Shown: positions 18,771-18,820 of the stretch, piece by piece
Layout of the letters: each line of letters starts with the position of its first letter
How positions within the stretch are numbered: position 1 is the stretch's first letter
Source: Octopus sinensis
Lineage: Eukaryota
Direction of reading: 5' to 3'
NCBI RefSeq assembly: GCF_006345805.1
Contig: NW_021824435.1
Span: forward strand, 1-18,820
Length of the DNA stretch: 18,820 nt
The notes under the pieces: model-generated
Told to the model about the DNA's origin: nothing
The model's database searches: none
The model's input: only the letters and a program-made list of their open reading frames with translations
Translations under genes and position numbers: made by a program

Positions 18771-18820
<50 letters not shown>
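18770..18820. repeat. (TAG)n microsatellite running off the window edge
   Basis: Directly visible. Confidence 0.95.

Noticed and set aside
17965-18774. Pro/Ala/Thr/Gln-rich or Gly-rich ORFs
   Set aside because: Simple-repeat patchwork open in most frames on both strands, flanked by (GT)n and (TAG)n. A low-complexity exon cannot be excluded but nothing supports one.

Overview
An 18.8-kb AT-rich, repeat-dominated stretch of animal genomic DNA. The SINE families resemble those I recognise from octopus genomes (inference from memory, not a database result). No intact host gene is evident, and almost all ORFs in the supplied track are translations of microsatellites. The window contains many tRNA-derived SINEs (at least four families, including head-to-tail multimers), a decayed RTE-clade LINE fragment, an internally deleted maT-type Tc1/mariner, three non-autonomous Helitrons and two repeat families carrying minimal type I hammerhead-ribozyme motifs, as described for Penelope-like elements. 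One of those families has a non-canonical CUGUNGA core. There is also a ~1-kb near-identical inverted duplication (9369-10372 / 11546-12540) whose left copy sits in a (TA)n run. A repeat-free, CpG-rich island at ~3240-3640 has promoter-type motifs and two phase-compatible candidate exons on the minus strand. Repeat boundaries were placed by eye and are approximate.
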